Notes under the pieces: model-generated | The model's database searches: none | Told to the model about the DNA's origin: nothing | Seen by the model: the letters and a program-made list of their open reading frames with translations, nothing else | Part shown: positions 17,835 to 26,815 of the stretch, piece by piece | Position numbering within the stretch: the stretch's first letter is position 1 | Layout: each line of letters begins with the position of its first letter | Source: Burkholderiaceae bacterium | GTDB lineage: Bacteria > Pseudomonadota > Gammaproteobacteria > Burkholderiales > Burkholderiaceae_F | Direction: 5' to 3' | Assembly (NCBI GenBank): GCA_041751715.1 | Contig: JBGSWY010000345.1 | Coordinates: 1 to 42,084 of the forward strand | DNA length: 42,084 nt | Program-made: the position numbers and the translations under genes

Positions 17835-18652
17835 GTTCGAACGAATCGCGCGAGCGCTCAGCCCCTCTCGACCATCGGTCGGATCCAAACTTTCTCGCCT
17901 ATTACGAGGAAGCGAGCCGTTCCGATGCCACGGTTCAGCGCTTCCGCACGATTCGCGACAAGTCTCTAAATCTGCTTGCGGCGCGCGGCCGCGCCACTTC
18001 GCACCTGCGAGTTGCCGATATCGGCTGCGGTGCCGGCACGCAGTCGCTGCTCTGGGCCGAGCTCGGCCACTCGGTGTTCGGTCTCGATGTCAGCGGCCCG
18101 TTGATCGAAGTGGCGCAAAAGCGCGCCGCGGAACGCGCGCTGATGATCGACTTCAACATCGGCACCGCGACTGCCCTGCCGCTACAAGACGGTGCCGTTG
18201 ATGTGTGCTTGCTGCCCGAGCTGCTCGAACACGTTTCCGATTGGCAAACGTGTTTGCGCGAGGCGGTGCGCGTGCTCGATGCAGGCGGCCTGTTGTATCT
18301 CAGCACAACCAACACGCTGTGCCCGGTTCAAAGCGAGTTCAATCTGCCCTGTTACAGCTGGTACCCGGGCTTCATCAAGCGATACTGCGAGCGGCTGGCG
18401 GTCACGACGCGGCCTGCCCTCGCCAATTACGCGACGTACCCGGCCGTCAACTGGTTCAATTTTTATCGCCTGCGCGATTTTCTCGCGCCGTTCGGCCTCG
18501 AATGCCTCGATCGCTTCGACATGATCGATCCGAGCCGTGTGCGAGCGCCGCAGCGCGCGGTCGTGAAACTGGCGCGCGCCGTAAGGCCGGTGCGCTTCCT
18601 GGGACATGTGCTGACGCCGGGTGTCGCAGTGTTTGCCGTCAAGACGAGATAA
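17831..18652 (+). CDS. Class I SAM-dependent methyltransferase
   Basis: Motif I VADIGCGAGTQS, then VFGLDVS and LLPELLEHV. The start overlaps the upstream stop (ATGA). Confidence 0.8.
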   Translation: MSSNESRERSAPLDHRSDPNFLAYYEEASRSDATVQRFRTIRDKSLNLLAARGRATSHLRVADIGCGAGTQSLLWAELGHSVFGLDVSGPLIEVAQKRAAERALMIDFNIGTATALPLQDGAVDVCLLPELLEHVSDWQTCLREAVRVLDAGGLLYLSTTNTLCPVQSEFNLPCYSWYPGFIKRYCERLAVTTRPALANYATYPAVNWFNFYRLRDFLAPFGLECLDRFDMIDPSRVRAPQRAVVKLARAVRPVRFLGHVLTPGVAVFAVKTR

Positions 18653-19952
18653 CGGGCGAGCGCGTCGGGGCGCGCCCCGGCACCTGGTCTTGAACCGGTG
18701 CTGGGCTCTCGCTGCGAACGACATGCCACGTGACGACCAGCGCGATCATCAGGAAGTACGGCATGTCCCAGTAGGCAAGGTTGAGAAACATGCCGCCGAC
18801 GAAGTACCCCACTAAGCTCACCTGAATCATCACCGCCAGCCAGTACGCCCACTTGGACTCCGGAACATCGCGCGTGCGTTTGATGATGCGACGGCTCAAC
18901 TGCCACGTCAGTATCCAGAAGATCAGGAACAATGCGAGCCCGACGAACCCATGCTCGCCCAGCACCTGAAAGTAAATGCTGTGGGCCGAGTGGGTCAGGT
19001 CATAGTCCGGAAAGTAGCGGCGGAAGACTTCCTGCGTATACGGCTCGAAACCGCCGCCTACCAGCGGCCGGTCGACCGCCAGGTTGTACAACATCGTCCA
19101 CGTATTGAGGCGGCCCAGGGCCGAGGCGTCCTGCTCATATTCGCCGATCGAGCTCATTCGCTCTCCCCATTCCGGCGGGATGAACGGGTAAAAAGCGATA
19201 CCGAACAAGAGCACGGCCAGCCCCAGCCAGATCTTGTGTTTCGACTTGAGCCATAAGAAGCCGAACATCGCGATGATCGCGAGGAAGCCCCCCCTCGAGT
19301 AACTGCCGATCACGCATACCACGCACAACACGATCGACACGACGATCGCGGCACGCATCCAGCGCCTGGTGGACATGATGTAAAGGTAGGCGAACAGCGG
19401 GATCGTCATGATCACCGCGAGCGCAAGTGCATTGTTATCGGAGATGAACGATTCGGGCGGCCCCCAGACCAGGAACTCGCCGCCGCTCGCCAGCGTAAAC
19501 GCGCCGCCCTTGACGCCGAAAAAGCCGACCGAAAAAACGATGATCAATATCAGCCACATCACGTGCCCGCGCTTGTACAGCGTAATTAATGCGAGGAATG
19601 TGACGAACAGAATTTTTACCACCCGCTCGAGCATTTCGACAGCTCGCTCGGGCTCGAGCGCGAAAAGTGTGGTCAAGCACATCCAGCCAACGAACGCGAG
19701 CAACACCCAGGTTGCTGCGCCGCCTTTCAATTGACGCGGCTCCCGCGTGAGAAAAAGCGCTATGACTGTGGTGACCGCGACGACGAACGCGAACGGAAAC
19801 GTGTAAGCGAATCCCCAAGCGGCGCGATGTGGGTTCATCAGGCTTAACCAGACCCAGAAGAAGATACCGACCGCAGGGTTACGCAGGATGAACGGAATCC
19901 CGCCGGCTACGATCAGAAACATTGCGATGTCGCGCATGCCGTCGATTATCAA
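18639..19952 (-). CDS. O-antigen ligase/Wzy-like polytopic membrane protein (exosortase-A-associated putative O-glycosylation ligase type)
   Basis: About 10 predicted TM segments. GSYSRGGFLAI and AHSIYFQVLGEHGFVGL follow the Wzy_C/O-antigen-ligase pattern, with a large loop (EYEQDASALGRLNTW). Confidence 0.75.
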   Translation of the reverse strand: MIIDGMRDIAMFLIVAGGIPFILRNPAVGIFFWVWLSLMNPHRAAWGFAYTFPFAFVVAVTTVIALFLTREPRQLKGGAATWVLLAFVGWMCLTTLFALEPERAVEMLERVVKILFVTFLALITLYKRGHVMWLILIIVFSVGFFGVKGGAFTLASGGEFLVWGPPESFISDNNALALAVIMTIPLFAYLYIMSTRRWMRAAIVVSIVLCVVCVIGSYSRGGFLAIIAMFGFLWLKSKHKIWLGLAVLLFGIAFYPFIPPEWGERMSSIGEYEQDASALGRLNTWTMLYNLAVDRPLVGGGFEPYTQEVFRRYFPDYDLTHSAHSIYFQVLGEHGFVGLALFLIFWILTWQLSRRIIKRTRDVPESKWAYWLAVMIQVSLVGYFVGGMFLNLAYWDMPYFLMIALVVTWHVVRSESPAPVQDQVPGRAPTRSPVISS

Positions 19953-21787
19953 TCCATCTTGAACGTGGGAGCGTGCCGCTCAAGCCAGTGTTCTAGCATC
20001 ATCAACACCCACACCATCTCGCCGTAAAAGCCCGAATGTTCGCGCAGGCGATTTGAAAATAGATCGTGCACCAGCTCACGACGAATGATTCCACGCTCGG
20101 CCAGCCGCGCGAGTGAATCGGAGGCAAACCGGGCCAGCGCTTCGTCCCGCACAAGCCACGGTCCGAATGGCAGTCCGAAGCCGTGTTTTTTCTTGCGAAT
20201 GACTTGCTCCGGAAGAAAATCACGCAGCGCGTCCTTGAAGAAATATCTCAGCGTGAGGCCGCGAACCTTCATCGATGCCGGAAGGCTAAGGGAAAAGTCG
20301 AGCAGTTTGTCATCGAGAAACGGGAATCCGACCGCCTGTTTTGCCAGTTGCGCGGTGAGCCTGACCTTCGGCAAATCGCTGTCGGTCAGCGTAAAGCGCC
20401 AGTCGTAAGCGAGCATTCGGTTGACGATCGATTGTGCTCGGTTCACGTGGTAGACCTCGCGCTGCAGCGTGCGCGGCTCGGTGCTGTCAACTCGGCCCAG
20501 GAGCGTCGACGTGAACACTGAACTGGCGCCAAAGCGATCGAGCAGGTTATAAGACTCCATACGCTCGGGCATCGGCATGCGAGCCTGCTCGACATACCGG
20601 CCCAGCTTCCTGATCCCCGGAATATCGCGTGCGCCGTCGGGTCCGAGCAGCCAAGGTTCGACCGCGCGCCTGCGGAGCAGGGGGGGGATTGCATCATAGG
20701 CACCGAACACTTTCTGGCGTGCATATCGGGTGTTGCCACCGAACAGCTCGTCCCCGCCGTCGCCGGCCAGAAGCTTTTCAACGCCATGCTCGTGCGCAAG
20801 GCGAGCACAGTAGTAAGCCGGAAGTGCCGATGAATTGCCGAACGGTTGATCGTAGTGCGAGGCGACGCGTGGAATCGCGCGCACCAGCTCGTCCGGAGTC
20901 AAGTAGTGTTCGTGCAGCTTGGCGTTGAAATGCTTGGCTGCGAGGCGTGCATAAGACATTTCATCGTATCCGCTCGCCTCGAAGCCGATCGAGAAGGCGT
21001 CGACGGGCTTGTCCGTCGCGAGCGCCAGGTGCCCGACCACGGTCGAACTATCGGTGCCGCCGCTCAAGAACGCCCCGATGCGCGGCGTCGTTGTTTCCCT
21101 TTCAACCGATTGTCGAAGCAGTGTGCGAAATCGCTCGCGTTCGACTCTGAGGTTGAATGTTTTCTTCTCACTGAACGCCGGCTGCCAGGTCGGGCTCAAG
21201 TGCAAGCCGCGTGAGTTGAACGAAAGCTGTGTGGCCGCCTGCAGCCGCTGAACCCCGCGAAAGATCGTGCGCGGCGCCGGGACGACGTGAAAGTAAACGT
21301 AGTTAAAGATCGCCTGCAGGTCGATCTCGCGCCGGGCTGCGTGCCCCACGGCGTCGGCCCGATCGGAAAACTCGAACCTTGAACCTTGGACCGACCAGCA
21401 GAGGGGAATTACTGCAAAGCGATCGGTTACCAGCGTAACGCTGCCCTGCGTCAAGTCGATGTGAACAACTGCAAAGCGGCCGCGCAGCGGCTCGAAATTC
21501 GGAACGCCGCTGCCGCCCTGTGCAAGGCGCACGACCTCTTCGGCCGTTAGCGCGCGCATATCCTCGTCACGCGGCTCACCGAACACTGCCGTGACGCTGC
21601 GGTCGGCAACGTGAACCTGGCCGCAATTCGATTGCAGCTTCATCGAGAACGCGGGCGCGGATACGACGCTGTGTCCTGCCGCCGTTTCATGCACCGGCGC
21701 GCTTGCCGGATGTCTCGATGCAAGTCCGTGATCGAACCAGCCACAGACTGCCGGCGCCGCGCGGTCATCCGACAAGAGCGACACCAC
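19949..21787 (-). CDS. Asparagine synthase-family protein with a degenerate N-terminal glutaminase domain
   Basis: The synthetase half is intact (FLSGGTDSS PP-loop, LAGDGGDELFGGNTRY). The N-terminal half lacks the M-C start and the RGPD, RRLSI and NGEIYN motifs found in the two paralogs. The ORF opens with GTG at 21787. Confidence 0.75.
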   Translation of the reverse strand: MVSLLSDDRAAPAVCGWFDHGLASRHPASAPVHETAAGHSVVSAPAFSMKLQSNCGQVHVADRSVTAVFGEPRDEDMRALTAEEVVRLAQGGSGVPNFEPLRGRFAVVHIDLTQGSVTLVTDRFAVIPLCWSVQGSRFEFSDRADAVGHAARREIDLQAIFNYVYFHVVPAPRTIFRGVQRLQAATQLSFNSRGLHLSPTWQPAFSEKKTFNLRVERERFRTLLRQSVERETTTPRIGAFLSGGTDSSTVVGHLALATDKPVDAFSIGFEASGYDEMSYARLAAKHFNAKLHEHYLTPDELVRAIPRVASHYDQPFGNSSALPAYYCARLAHEHGVEKLLAGDGGDELFGGNTRYARQKVFGAYDAIPPLLRRRAVEPWLLGPDGARDIPGIRKLGRYVEQARMPMPERMESYNLLDRFGASSVFTSTLLGRVDSTEPRTLQREVYHVNRAQSIVNRMLAYDWRFTLTDSDLPKVRLTAQLAKQAVGFPFLDDKLLDFSLSLPASMKVRGLTLRYFFKDALRDFLPEQVIRKKKHGFGLPFGPWLVRDEALARFASDSLARLAERGIIRRELVHDLFSNRLREHSGFYGEMVWVLMMLEHWLERHAPTFKMD

Positions 21788-21797
21788 CTTTGCAGCG

Positions 21798-22961
21798 TTA
21801 CCGGGCGAGGCGTTGAAACGCGCCGGGACTTAACGGTGTCAATTGCGTCAATCCGGGCAACTCGACCGAAGCGGCCGCGTGTCGATACTCGCGCGTTGGT
21901 AGATCGTTCTTCTTGAAGGTGCTGACGGCGCCCGAAGAGCCGGCGAGCTTGCTGCCGGGGTGAAGCCGATAGTCGAACTGCGCCGGATTGACGAAGTCAT
22001 CCAAGCGTGCCTGAACATTGTTCTTGACCACCGCCGGCGCCTTCATATCGAGTTCGCCGCGCCCGACCATGATGTTATTGGTGATTACCGCCTCGGCCGG
22101 GCCGGAACGAACCGAAATGAAGGCGCCACCCTGCGATCGATCGTTGACGAGCGTGTTGAAAGCGATGTGCGCATGATTGACCGGCCAGCGATAACCTTCG
22201 GCGCCAAAGGAAACCAGCACCGGGTTTTCGGTCTGGTTACCCTGCTGAATCAGGTTGCCGATTGCTCTTAAGGCGCCTCCGTTCGGAAGATCCAGCTCGT
22301 AGCTCGACGAGCCGCCTTCGCCGGTCAGGCGGCTGTATAAAACCGATGTTGCCTTGGCGCGGCTTTTCAGCAAGTGGCCGGTGCGAGAGCGCGCGAAGTA
22401 GCTGCCGGTGACTTCGAGCACGGCGATCGTTCCGGCATACAAATTGTGACTCTGCCCATCTCCTGCGCCGTTGTTCACAAACGTCGAGTCGGCGACGCGC
22501 AGTTCGATGCTCGAATCGTTCGACGTGAGAATGCCGTTCTCGTTGTCTTCGAACAGGCATTTAATAATCGTCAGCCGGCCACCTTCGAGCCGAATCCCCG
22601 CGCCGTTGAGATCCGGCACGCGCGCGCCGGAAAAGGCGAGATTCTCGATCGTTGTGTTACTGCCGCGGACGACGAAAATTCCTTTTCCTTCTGCCATCGC
22701 TACGCCGTCGGCTACGACCCGCGGGCGTTCGCCGATGCCACGAATCACCAGATTGTTTTGTGTCCATACGGCAACGTCGCGCCGATAGTCGCCCGCCTCG
22801 ACTTCGACGACGTCACCGTCGCGCGCAATCTCGGCGGCCTTTTGGAGCGTGCGAATCTCGTGTGAAGGGCCGACGCGGATGATGTTCGACGCCGCGGCGG
22901 CAAGCGGCACGCTCGAGACAACGAAAGCGATCAGCGAAACAAATCGGCGCATGTGTTGCAT
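21798..22961 (-). CDS. Secreted right-handed parallel beta-helix protein (candidate polysaccharide lyase/epimerase)
   Basis: Signal peptide MQHMRRFVSLIAFVVSSVPLAAAAS. Repetitive beta-helix coils (IENLAFSG, IIKCLFEDNENGILTSN, VADSTFVNNGAGDGQSHNLYAG, AIGNLIQQGN, ITNNIMVG). Confidence 0.65.
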   Translation of the reverse strand: MQHMRRFVSLIAFVVSSVPLAAAASNIIRVGPSHEIRTLQKAAEIARDGDVVEVEAGDYRRDVAVWTQNNLVIRGIGERPRVVADGVAMAEGKGIFVVRGSNTTIENLAFSGARVPDLNGAGIRLEGGRLTIIKCLFEDNENGILTSNDSSIELRVADSTFVNNGAGDGQSHNLYAGTIAVLEVTGSYFARSRTGHLLKSRAKATSVLYSRLTGEGGSSSYELDLPNGGALRAIGNLIQQGNQTENPVLVSFGAEGYRWPVNHAHIAFNTLVNDRSQGGAFISVRSGPAEAVITNNIMVGRGELDMKAPAVVKNNVQARLDDFVNPAQFDYRLHPGSKLAGSSGAVSTFKKNDLPTREYRHAAASVELPGLTQLTPLSPGAFQRLAR

Positions 22962-22994
22962 GTTAACGTTGTTTGAAAGCGGCTCTGTCGATAG

Positions 22995-24137
22995 ATGCGG
23001 CGCGGTCGATGCAGCTCAGGATTCGTATTGTCACCATTGGTCATTCTCGGCGCTTCGATTACCGGCCTTGCTGTAGCAAGAGACGCGCGCGCGCGGGGGC
23101 TAAATCCGGTCGTTGTCGATTCGGACGACGGGCCAGCGTTCCATAGCCGATGGGTAACGGCGGTCAACGTCGTTTCGATGACCCAGGCAGCGATGCGTGA
23201 CCGCATTCTGAGCCTCGGCGGCGCGGAAGCCGCATTGATTGCGACGTCCGATCATTGGATTCGTTTTGTGATCGATCATCGGGCGAACCTGACTTCGGCG
23301 TACAAAACCATCGTGCATCCCGACAACGCCACGCTCGAAGTTTGCCTAGACAAGATGGCGTTTGCGCAATGGTGCAATGAAGCGGTGCTGCCGTGTCCGC
23401 AAGCCTGGGTGCCGGGCCGTCAGGCGCGTCCGGCATCCATGCGCTTTCCGTTTTTGTTACGGCCTGTGCGAACGCTGCACGGCCGCCGCGAGCTTGATTT
23501 GCCCAAGGCGGTAGAGGCACAGGACGAGGCGGAGCTTGCGCACTGGCTGTCTCAATTCGAGGTTAATGGTGTGGTCGCGCTGGTCAGCGAATCGCTGCTG
23601 GGGCGGGCACTCGAGCAATACTCGGTGCCGTTTGCCCGGTGCGATGGCCAAACGCTGATGTTTACCGCGCGCAAAGTCCGTCCTGCCGCGCGGCTTTGTC
23701 AGACCGGCACCTGCGTCGAACTGTGCGTCGACGAGCGCGCCGAGCAGTTAGGCAGGGCTGCTATTGAACGCCTGGCCTACTTCGGAATTGGCGAAGTCGA
23801 GATACTGCGCGACACGCACAGCGGACGCGACTACCTGATAGAGATTAACGCCAGACCCTGGTTGCAATATGCGCTGGCACCGGCGTCGAACCACGATTTC
23901 CTGGGGCTCGTGTTGGGGCTTTTGCCGTCCAGCAGGAAACCTGCGGTGCGTGCAGGAAAGACCTGGATCGATCTGTATCAGGATCTTTTCGTCGCCTTTT
24001 CCCGCTCGATCGGCGTGGTTCGCCACGGGCGTCTCGGACTCTTTGCGTATCTTCGATCGCTTGTTCGCTGCAATGTGTTCGCGCTGTTCGATTGGCGCGA
24101 TCCGCGTCCGTTTCTGCAGTCCTTGCGGCATCGATGA
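22995..24137 (+). CDS. ATP-grasp family carboxylate-amine ligase-like protein
   Basis: Pre-ATP-grasp N-terminus LVILGASITGLAVARDARARGLNPVVVD. C-terminal GIGEVEILRDTHSGRDYLIEINARPW (E-x-N metal-binding motif). The start may instead be the in-frame TTG at 23028. Confidence 0.7.
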   Translation: MRRGRCSSGFVLSPLVILGASITGLAVARDARARGLNPVVVDSDDGPAFHSRWVTAVNVVSMTQAAMRDRILSLGGAEAALIATSDHWIRFVIDHRANLTSAYKTIVHPDNATLEVCLDKMAFAQWCNEAVLPCPQAWVPGRQARPASMRFPFLLRPVRTLHGRRELDLPKAVEAQDEAELAHWLSQFEVNGVVALVSESLLGRALEQYSVPFARCDGQTLMFTARKVRPAARLCQTGTCVELCVDERAEQLGRAAIERLAYFGIGEVEILRDTHSGRDYLIEINARPWLQYALAPASNHDFLGLVLGLLPSSRKPAVRAGKTWIDLYQDLFVAFSRSIGVVRHGRLGLFAYLRSLVRCNVFALFDWRDPRPFLQSLRHR

Positions 24138-25387
24138 TGCGTAAAGTGTTGATGCTCGCTTTTCACTTTCCGCCATTCGCGCAAAGCAGCGGCAGCATTC
24201 GAACGCTCAGCTTTGTGCGCCATCTGCCCGAATACCACTGGCAACCGATTGTCCTGACTGCACGCTCGCACGTTTATCCGGAAGTCGATGACCGCAGTCT
24301 GGAAAGGGTGCCGCAACGAGCGCGCATCGTGCGTGCGGCAGGTTTGGATATTGCCCGCCATGTTGCCATCGCCGGGCGTTATCCGACGTGGCTCGCGACA
24401 CCCGACCGCTGGAATACGTGGGCCGCGGCCGCAATCATTGCGGGACTCACTTGCATTCGGCGCCACAAGCCTGCGGTTCTTTGGGCCACGTTTCCGATTG
24501 CGAGTGCGCTGGTGGCCGCGGTGGTGCTGCACAGATTGACCAGGATCCCGCTGGTTCTGGACCTGCGCGATCCTATGGTGTACGAGGGCTGGCCTGAAGA
24601 GCGGTGGATGCGGAGCACGTACCGCTGGATCGAGAAGCGGGCGGTCCGCATGGCTGCGGCTGTCGTCGTCACAACGCCAAGCGCGCGGCGTCTTTATGTC
24701 GAACGGTATGTCGATGTGCCGGCGGCGCGCTTCAGCATCATGGCGAACGGCGTTGACTGTGCGATGGATATCGACCCCCCGCTCCATCCTCGCGAGCGTA
24801 GCGAGCCGATCGTATTGGTTCACAGCGGACTGATGGAGATACCGGACAGGGATCCAACGGCGTTTTTCGAAGCGATCGCGCAAATGCGCAAACGAGGCGA
24901 TATCACGGACGGTTCATTGCGCGTGATACTGCGTGCAACCGGCCGCGATGAAGAATATCGTAGGCAGATCGCCTTGGTTGGAATCGATCGCATTGTTTTT
25001 GTGGAAAAGCGAATCTCGCATTCCGAAGCCATGGCCGAGATGCAGCGCGCCGATGGTCTGCTGTTATTTCAGGGAGCCCAGTGCAATCGGCAAATTCCCG
25101 CCAAGGCTTATGAGTATCTGGCCTGCCGGCGTCCGATCATCGGCCTGCTCGATGCGGCGGGCGATACGCATCAGCTGGTCGCGGATCAATGGAAAGCACC
25201 GTATGTCGCCGACATGAGTTCGGCGGCGGCAATCGCCGACGTGCTTCGAACATTCCTGGGTGATTTTCGCAGGCGCGATGTGTCGATTCCGGACGCAAGC
25301 TTGATTGAACGACACTCGCGAGCACTTGGCGCCCGCGAGCTCGCGGCATTGCTCGACGAAGTGGTGGGCAAGGTTGCGCGTGTTTAG
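24134..25387 (+). CDS. GT-B-fold glycosyltransferase-like protein (divergent GT4/WcaI-like)
   Basis: KVLMLAFHFPPFAQSSGSIRTLSF, PLVLDLRDP, ANGVD, and QIPAKAYEYLACRRPIIGL. The ATG at 24134 overlaps the upstream stop (ATGA). Confidence 0.6.
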   Translation: MMRKVLMLAFHFPPFAQSSGSIRTLSFVRHLPEYHWQPIVLTARSHVYPEVDDRSLERVPQRARIVRAAGLDIARHVAIAGRYPTWLATPDRWNTWAAAAIIAGLTCIRRHKPAVLWATFPIASALVAAVVLHRLTRIPLVLDLRDPMVYEGWPEERWMRSTYRWIEKRAVRMAAAVVVTTPSARRLYVERYVDVPAARFSIMANGVDCAMDIDPPLHPRERSEPIVLVHSGLMEIPDRDPTAFFEAIAQMRKRGDITDGSLRVILRATGRDEEYRRQIALVGIDRIVFVEKRISHSEAMAEMQRADGLLLFQGAQCNRQIPAKAYEYLACRRPIIGLLDAAGDTHQLVADQWKAPYVADMSSAAAIADVLRTFLGDFRRRDVSIPDASLIERHSRALGARELAALLDEVVGKVARV

Positions 25388-26777
25388 TTCCGCGAAGCGC
25401 TTCGCCAAGAAACTGGCGGTCGACGCTGTGCATGCGCGCAACGAGCGTGAGCGCGCCCGATTGGAGCAGACCCACGGCATCGCTCCCTCTGAATGGGGCG
25501 CGACCATCGGCGATGCAGGCAACCTGGTGATCGATGGGGTCGACATTGCGCAACTTGCCGGCGACTACGGTACGCCGCTGCATGTGGTCAGCCGGTCACG
25601 GTTGCTTGCGGACTACGAGCGCTTCGAGAGCAGCTTCAAGCGCCTGTATCCGAACATCGCGGTCGGGTATTCGTACAAGACGAATCCCCTGCCCGGCGTG
25701 ATCAAAGTACTGCACGGCGCCGGCGCGCTGGCTGAGGTCATTTCCCACTTCGAGCTGTGGCTCGCGCTCGAGCTTGGCGTGCCCGCGGAACAAATCATCT
25801 TCAACGGTCCGGCCAAAACCCGCGACGCGATCGAGCTAGCCGTGAATCGCGGCGTCGGCATGATCAACGTCGATGGTCTGAGCGAGATCGACGAGATCGC
25901 ACAGGCCGCGCGCACTGCGCAGCGTGCTCAGAGCGTCGGAGTACGCGTGATCACTTCCGTCGGCTGGTCGTCGCAATTCGGCCTCGGCATTGCATCGGGC
26001 CAGGCGATGGAGGCTTTCCGCCGGATTCGACAGCACGATCGTCTGGCTCCAACCGGACTGCACTTTCACCTCGGCACCGGTATCAGGGATGTGGCGATCT
26101 ACCTGCAGGCAGTGCGCGAGATGCTCGAATTCGCGCGCGCGGTGCGGGCGGAACTGGGAGTCGAGATCACGCAGCTGGATCTCGGCGGTGGCTTTGGCGT
26201 GCCCACCGTGCGCCCGTTCACCGAATGGGAAATGCGATTGATGCAAAACGGCCGCCCGCCGGGCCCGGTCGATGTCGCGGCTGCGGCACGGCCAGATGAT
26301 TACGCGCGCGAAATCGTCGCGCTGCTACGACGATATTACTCAGACGTCGCCCCCCCTATGGTGATCTTCGAACCGGGCCGGGCTCTTACAAGCAGCGCGC
26401 AATGCCTGGTACTGCGAGTGCTCGCCATCAAGGAAAACCGCAGCGTCATTCTCGACGGCGGAAAAAATATCGCGATGCCGACCGGCTATGAAATGCATGA
26501 GTTGCTTGCCGTGACGGGCGCGGCGGACCCGCGCGACAGCCGCTACGACTTCTACGGCCCGCTGTGCCATCCGGGCGATCTTCACTTTCAATCGAAAGCG
26601 TTCCGCGCGCTGCAACCGGGCGATCTGGTGGCAATCATGGACGCCGGCGCGTACTTCATTCCCAATCAGATGAATTTCTCTAATCCGCGACCCGCTGCTG
26701 TGCTGGTGAACGACGGCGAGATCTCACTGTTGCGGCAGCGCGAGTCGTTTGAAGATATAGTTCGGCTTGACCAATAA
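25380..26777 (+). CDS. PLP-dependent decarboxylase, Orn/DAP/Arg decarboxylase fold (exosortase-A-associated decarboxylase type)
   Basis: PLP-Lys motif GYSYKTNP, HFHLGT, LDLGGGFGVP, IFEPGRALTS, and YGPLCHPGD. The start is uncertain (GTG 25380 chosen; the ORF is open from 25305). Confidence 0.85.
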   Translation: MFSSAKRFAKKLAVDAVHARNERERARLEQTHGIAPSEWGATIGDAGNLVIDGVDIAQLAGDYGTPLHVVSRSRLLADYERFESSFKRLYPNIAVGYSYKTNPLPGVIKVLHGAGALAEVISHFELWLALELGVPAEQIIFNGPAKTRDAIELAVNRGVGMINVDGLSEIDEIAQAARTAQRAQSVGVRVITSVGWSSQFGLGIASGQAMEAFRRIRQHDRLAPTGLHFHLGTGIRDVAIYLQAVREMLEFARAVRAELGVEITQLDLGGGFGVPTVRPFTEWEMRLMQNGRPPGPVDVAAAARPDDYAREIVALLRRYYSDVAPPMVIFEPGRALTSSAQCLVLRVLAIKENRSVILDGGKNIAMPTGYEMHELLAVTGAADPRDSRYDFYGPLCHPGDLHFQSKAFRALQPGDLVAIMDAGAYFIPNQMNFSNPRPAAVLVNDGEISLLRQRESFEDIVRLDQ

Positions 26778-26815
26778 GACAAGATAAACGGTCAACTCCC
26801 GAGGGTCCCATACAT

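Noticed and set aside
18639-19952. Whether this polytopic membrane protein could be the missing exosortase.
   Set aside because: Its motifs (GSYSRGGFLAI, AHSIYFQVLGEHGFVGL, large periplasmic loop) fit O-antigen ligase/Wzy_C-type proteins. They do not fit the shorter exosortase architecture.
19949-21787. Whether the Cys-less AsnB homolog could be a lasso-peptide cyclase (McjC-like).
   Set aside because: There is no adjacent small precursor ORF, no transglutaminase-like leader peptidase or RRE, and no ABC exporter. The operon partners are polysaccharide enzymes.
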